Part shown: positions 57,932 to 64,000 of the stretch, in pieces
Numbering within the stretch: position 1 is the stretch's first letter
Layout of the letters: every line of letters begins with the position of its first letter
Assembly: GCA_905178155.1 (NCBI GenBank)
Contig: CAJINV010000028.1
Location: 169,235-233,234, forward strand
DNA length: 64,000 nt
Direction of reading: 5' to 3'
Source: Amoebophrya sp. A120
Lineage: Eukaryota > Protista > Dinoflagellata
Position numbers and translations under genes: made by a program
Notes under the pieces: generated by a model
Told to the model about the DNA's origin: nothing
Seen by the model: only the letters and a program-made list of their open reading frames with translations
Databases searched by the model: none

Positions 57932-60344
57932 ATTTTTGTTTGTTATCAGGAGACTTTGAATTCTTTTGTCGCGATTTTATTACCTTGATGATCTGCGACA
58001 TTGGAGTTGGACTCAGAAAAGTGGGTGTTGTGAGATCATGGAGATATCACAGATGGACTGCGAAACGGAAACTGGAACTGAGTGGGCAGCTATACCTCTA
58101 CTTGATGCATGTCATATCAATACAAACTCAAACTTGGAGCTCGTTGTTGAACAAACCTCGTTTGCAAAATCAAAATGCAGCTGCCGATATAGAAATATGA
58201 AATTTGTAAGTGAAGACTTAGGCTAAAGAAAAAAAAATAGAGTCGTCAGGTGAAGATACGTACTCGCTGAAAAAAAAACGGAAAATACTTAAAGTGATCT
58301 CTGCGTTCTTCGGTGATCATTTTATACTTGTACCAGTGATGGAGATCGGACAAAAAAAGAACCAACCATTGCTGCACGCTGCTGACGCCGTCGGGTAGAG
58401 CAAGCCCTATACAAATCGCATGTCTAGCACATGATGACGCTGACAATGTGTGCGCTTATTTGGCGAACTGCTGCGTGCTATACTCTCTGTTAAAACCCGA
58501 AGAAGACCAAGCGCCCGGCTTGAGGCGATGAATAGTCAACTTTTTGAGAAAGTAACACTGCGGCAAGACTGTTTCCTTCGAGCGCGGACGCTTTCAAAAT
58601 TAGGCTCTTTCGGACTTAGCAGTGTCGACCTGTGGTTCGTCAACAAGCCGTAAGTGGTGGTACAACCCAGTCTATTGTTATGTATGTAAGCCATAGCAAA
58701 AATCTCAACAATGCGAATATGGCTACTTCACGTTCAACAGGAAGAGCAAAAGGCTAACCCGAGGTTGCAGTATCGTACAGGAATGAGCGCACCGAGGTGG
58801 CAATATCGTACTCAAACAGCTCTTCACAACGCAATACCACATCATTCTTGGTCACAAAGCATTTGTGTCTCGATCCTTACGTAGAGACAAGTAGTGCGTG
58901 TTCGGACGAGATCGCTGCGAGACCTTGGGTGGAGGTCACGCAGCACTTATAGTATGACTTTTCCTACCTCACAGCACTTCACCTCAACGGGCGTGGTTTT
59001 CGCGATCCAATAAGCCGCGCACTTCGTGATCTTATAGCACACGATCTGCAAACCGATCACGGCAGAGAAAATTTGCTCAGAAGGGGGTGAGCAAACAGAG
59101 CGAGCACGTCCGGGAATCAGCACCGAACATAAATGCTTATCGTAATATTTGCTCGAGAGGTTTCTTGGTCTTTGACTCTCTCACCACTACGAGAGTGGGT
59201 GACCGTGCAAGAGCCTTTGAATAAAAGAGCATGATGGTCCTTATCGTCGTCTTCTTTCTTTCTTCAGTCACGTTTTTCTTTTTCTCTTTTATTTTCAAAA
59301 CTTTCTAAAACATCCATTTTCTCGTGCGGTTTTTCTTGTCACTTAGTGTAGATGCAGTTTAGACTTTCGAGAGCTGTTAGATGACGGGTCGAAAAACGCA
59401 CCAAGCCTGCACTCTCGCCTACCGTGATATCTTTCGGCGCAAGGTCTACTACAAGATGACGGGTCCTCTGGCATTACAAATGCTAAAAAAACGTCCAATT
59501 TGTGATGCTGAACGCCTTTCCGCAACAAAATGTGTATGCGACTAACGCGTAATCCCAATCATTTCTCATGCGATTTTTCAATTTATCAAAACGATAAAAG
59601 TTTAGTTGTAGCCCTTGCGACTCCCGTACGATCGACGATTTTAAATTTCCACGAGAGTAGTGTAATTTTTACCGAAGGTTTTATGCTTGTGATTCAAGGT
59701 TTGTATTGCAGGAACGATTTAGAGTTTTGCACTCACTGCAAGAACGGTTTTTTCAGTACAAGAGTGAGGTTTTCAAAATAACCGATCTGAGTACTTAAGT
59801 TGCATCAGTAGTTTTCAAGTTCGCGATTTTTATATAGATAAAGCCACGCGAACTAGTGGAGAAAAAGCTACACTGTCTGAATCTTACTTAAAAACGTTTA
59901 GGGAACGAAAGAGACATACTACCTTAACTGAAAATTTGCGAACATTACTAAGAAGAAGGAGCCAATAAAGCTCTGCTCAGTATCGAAAAGTAAAATTTTA
60001 GGTGGGGGCAAGGCGACCTTGCGGCTCGAGTCAAATCATACATGGCGTGCTATTTCGTGTTTTTGTAGTTTCGCTATTCCGTGTTTTTCTAGTATATCAT
60101 AATGAACAGGATCAAAATTACGGCTGTATCATAGCGAGCAATTTGCTCTGCCGGAGCGCTGGGGGTATCAAGTAGGTTCACAACTCTAGCATACTACGAC
60201 AAAAGTTTACACTACTTGGAAGTCTGGCTTCAGCTACATCGACCGTCGTGAAAATCAAAATATACTTTTTACCAACGACAGGAACGCCAGAATGTCCTCA
60301 ATCTCAGATTGTCATCATGAAAGAATAGAGGTGCTTGAAGCAAT

Positions 60345-60449
60345 TTACTTCTTCTTCATGGACATCTTCTTCATGGACATCTTCTTCATGGCCATCTTCT
60401 TCATGACCGGGACCGGGGCGGTAGTCATCATCTTCATCATCTTGGCCAT
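60345..60449 (-). CDS. 34-aa Met/Lys-rich micropeptide, DVNP-tail-like
   Basis: MAKMMKMMTTAPVPVMKKMAMKKMSMKKMSMKKK*, A-rich leader, paralog 640 bp away. Confidence 0.7.
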   Translation of the reverse strand: MAKMMKMMTTAPVPVMKKMAMKKMSMKKMSMKKK

Positions 60450-60987
60450 CTTGATTGAGTTTTTTTTTGTTGTTAGACAACACAGTTTCCCTACGGTTTT
60501 TTATTGAAGGTGAAGATTGAGCAGCGCAGTCATTGTCATGTAATGGTTACGCATAGACACTACTGCATGATATCTTCAATCTCTTCTCTCTCCCACGTAC
60601 TGAGTTCTGTTCTCGCGGCCTACCATTTCCTCTTTCTTTTCTCGGAGTGGTTGCTTTAGTACGAAAGTTTGGTCACACCTGTCATAAACACGTAGTAGCT
60701 CAATCATCAATAAACTGACACACTCAACCTCTCTGCACTCTGCTCATCCATCGCGGAAAACGAAAACCAATCCTGCACGCAGAAAGAAATCCTGCATCTT
60801 TTGCAGTGTGAATTCCTGTAGTAGCATGTAGCGCGTAGAATACTACGACGCGTTGATAAACTACTAACTCATCATGCACCAGCTTTAGCTACGACTGCCA
60901 TAGATAACACTACGAGCAGGAGCGCTGGGCTGTTCCTAGGGGAACACTCTCAAAAGATTGTCATCTAAAGAGAGGCATAGAAGAAAT

Positions 60988-61077
60988 TTACTTCTTCTTC
61001 ATGGCCATCATCTTCTTCATGGACATCTTCTTCATGACCGGGGCCGGGGCCGCCATCATCTTCATCGTCTTGGCCAT
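60988..61077 (-). CDS. 29-aa Met/Lys-rich micropeptide, paralog
   Basis: MAKTMKMMAAPAPVMKKMSMKKMMAMKKK*; start, stop, frame and ~60 nt of leader are shared with 60345-60449. Confidence 0.7.
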   Translation of the reverse strand: MAKTMKMMAAPAPVMKKMSMKKMMAMKKK

Positions 61078-64000
61078 TGTGATTGAGTTTTTTGTTGTAA
61101 ACAACACTTGTTCCCCTACGGTTTTTGGTTGAGGTAAAAATCAACATTTTGAATGACCACGCAGTTTTTCTTCTCAAACATGCAAACATCATCTCCGTCC
61201 ACTTCACAGGGACATGCAATAGGTACAACTGGGGTGCCGCATTATTAACTTACGCATTTGTCGCTCTCTCTCTCTCTCTCTCTCCAGGCCAGAAAAGCTA
61301 AACATCAAAAGTTCTGCAGTCATCTCATTCAATTCCGGCGTTGCAATTCCCTCCCATTCTCTGCCGATGATACACACGCGCACTATACTCAAAATAGCAC
61401 TTCTACACCTGCAGGGTACGTGTCCAAATCATTTATACCAAAGTTTCATTCTTGTCTTTCTAGCTACGCCCTTCTTGTGTACTGCGAAATCAAATTGCTG
61501 AGGGTTGTGCGCATGGATCTGAGTTCGTTTTCTCTCAGTTTTGCACCATCATATTTCCCCAGTCTCTGTTTTTCAAGCGAGAAGAAAACGCATGTATTTC
61601 TGTTTTTCAATTGGAATTGCGTGGCAGCGCAACTCCGGCCACAACTGCTTCACTTACTATTTTCCGGAGACACTTTGTATTCACTAAAGCAAACGAAGAC
61701 AGGACTTGCACATAACGATACTTATACGACGGACAACATGCATACGAGCCATTGTCATTCGCTAGAGATGCAATCTTTTTAGTCTTTTAATGACTGCTGC
61801 TTATTCCTCCTGTCACCTGTAGCAAGACAAAGCTACGCATTTCGTTTTTTGGCGCGAAACAAATCTTCATCAGCTCGACCGTCGTAGTAGTGGATTTTTA
61901 GTTTTTGTGTTCGGGTTCCGATCGTCTAACTTGCTTGTTTCTTTGTGTGGCCTAAGCGTAATCTTTGGGATCTTAGCTACTTCTTTTTCTTGCGTTCAAT
62001 ACAAAAATCTGAACTCGCAACTTGCGTCAGCTACGCCGAGGCGTAAAGCAGAGGTAAGCATTTTCGGAGAGAGACACGGTGTGACTACTAGTAGAGTATA
62101 GTGAAAAGCATCAAGTAAATTTCGAAACGTTAAAGGCGGAACTGCCGTAGTCTTTTTTTGTGTTTTGAGTTTTTATTTCTGCTGTGCGAATAATAGCGTC
62201 GAAGCCTACTATGAGCCTCTGAATGTCTAGGCATGGACAAGCGCCCCGGCCACTGCTTCAATTCCTATTTTCTATCTCATGTGTCTGCGAAGGGAAAAAT
62301 GTCAAAAAGGCTTGCATGCGCGGAGTGCAACAACATGCCTGACCCCAGGGAATTTTTTCCCGGTAGAAGTAGTTTTTTTTCTGTCTCAAGCGCTTCATTA
62401 AGTTTTGCGTTTTTTTCGTTTTCCTACAATATTTCCATGCTAAATATCGTTAGTGAAAATTCGTGATACGTACTGCTTGTTGTTTGTTTGTTGTGAGTGG
62501 TCACGTGGAACCGCTTGAAAGTTTTTTGCTTTCTCTCACGTGGCTAGCGCTACTTCAACAAAAAGACAAGCTGGGCAAGCAACTTGTGCTTGTGGCTTGG
62601 ACCCTTATAGAAAAACCTTTTTCTGCAGGACAACTACACGAACCTGGCAAAAGAAAGCGATACTACTATTTTGAAAACTAAACGTAAAACTCTGAAAGAC
62701 GTTTTTGACAAGTAAAGCGCTCTTGTTGAAGGAAAAGATAAAGTCTGAAAGTTGAGACGAGAAAAATAGAAGTTGTTGAAAAGTTACGATGTCGGTATTG
62801 AAAGTTAAAAGTCTACTGAAAAGTTGGGAAGGTCACAAAGCAGTGCTGCTCTAAAAGTTGCACTGTAGTCCTGTTTTTCGCAGTTGCAAGGTAAAAATTT
62901 GGAGTTTGTGCTTGAAGGAACTGTTTTTTTTCATTTAAGTTTTTTGCTTTTCATCTTGCTTGTCGCCTACGAACGCTGCAGGTCGTTGTGGGCCTGTCTA
63001 CGTACTACTTCTTCTCTATACTTGTGAAGCTGTGGAGAATAAAAAGCCGAGACGGCCGGTAAGAGCAATGTCTGCGGGATTGCTGCGGGTTTGTGACATT
63101 GCGTCGCTTCTTTTGCTTCGTAGTACTTAAAACAGCACACGCCAAGCGTTTCGAAAGCAGTGCTGCAGAGCGACCCGCGACGGCCCTCTGCAGGCCTGTT
63201 TCGGCTGCAGTGTCACAGCTGGCCGTCTGTGCTCTTCGTAGTTTGAAAAAGAAAGTAGTGCTGGTCTGAAAAGTTGAAGTCTAGTCGTGTTTTTCAAGTT
63301 ACGAGCCTGAAGGAACTGTTGTTTTTATTTTGAGTTTTTAACTTTCATCTTACTTGTCGCTTACTTCTCTGTTCTACGCTGCAAGCCGCTGCGGGCCTGT
63401 CTTACGCTTTTTGCTTGTTGCTACTGTCGTACACGTACTGTTTTTTTCTTGTGTATGTGCTTCTTTCTTTCCATGCCTGGACATGGCGTCAACTGTTCGA
63501 GGACCTAAAAAATCCAAATTTTAGCACTCACATCAGATCGTTCGTGTCAGCATCGAACGAAAGGTATCTAAAAATCAAAAATTTCGTGTCAAATGAGTAT
63601 GTTTCTCTGTTGATTATGAACGTCTATAAAACCACCCTCTGCATCTACTTGACAAATGCATGCGCTTCTTCCAAGTTGTAGACTCTGATTTTACTTCATT
63701 CATATTTCCGTATCATTTTCAAAAAGTGATGTTGATGACAAGGAGAAGATGTAGAAAGTGCTGTGTAGTTATGGGATCATTCCAGATTAGAAAGAGAACG
63801 ACCACTGCACCAACTTGATGTCGCGCTTTATTCTCTGTGTTGTCCATCTTCGGTTGTCCTCAACGGGAACCACGACCTACCTCGCTTACTGGGATGTTCA
63901 CGAACGTACTCTCGCGTCGTGGTCGTGTAGTCACTGTTCTTTTGTTTTCCTCCCGATCTCCTTGATGAACACCAGAGGGCATTTTCTTCTCATTGCCGGT

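Noticed and set aside
60292-60507. Plus-strand ORF FFFMDIFFMDIFFMA
   Set aside because: Antisense shadow of the minus-strand Met/Lys micropeptide.

Overview
Eukaryotic genomic DNA, inferred to be an Amoebophrya-like syndinean dinoflagellate: most right-hand genes are broken by TIR-bounded non-canonical introns (introners) with 5-bp target duplications, and there are DVNP-tail-like Met/Lys micropeptides. All recognisable genes are on the minus strand. Left (1-13.3 kb): the N-terminal part of an RNF213/mysterin-like giant protein (continues past the left edge) and a Zn-finger-Ubl-TerD gene. Centre (14.8-38.1 kb), the main finding: behind a perfect 57-bp palindrome lies a tandem array of eight ~2.7-3.4 kb cassettes. 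Each has a conserved ~545-nt GC-rich multi-hairpin scaffold, followed at once by a variable 130-700 nt insert, then modular spacer DNA. The inserts read as decayed protein-coding fragments antisense to the scaffold: tyrosine-recombinase-like and CxxC zinc-finger pieces, some still holding introners. Cassettes with the same downstream flank carry different inserts, which suggests repeated acquisition at one site, i.e. a candidate CRISPR/piRNA-like anti-mobile-element memory locus. A divergent stand-alone scaffold plus insert lies at 41.6-42.6 kb. Right (38-64 kb): an introner-riddled TPMT-like methyltransferase, hypothetical micro-exon genes, an in-frame exon capture with a 50-bp duplication, a filled/empty introner pair and two micropeptide paralogs. 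All protein-family calls are from motif recognition by eye, not database searches.
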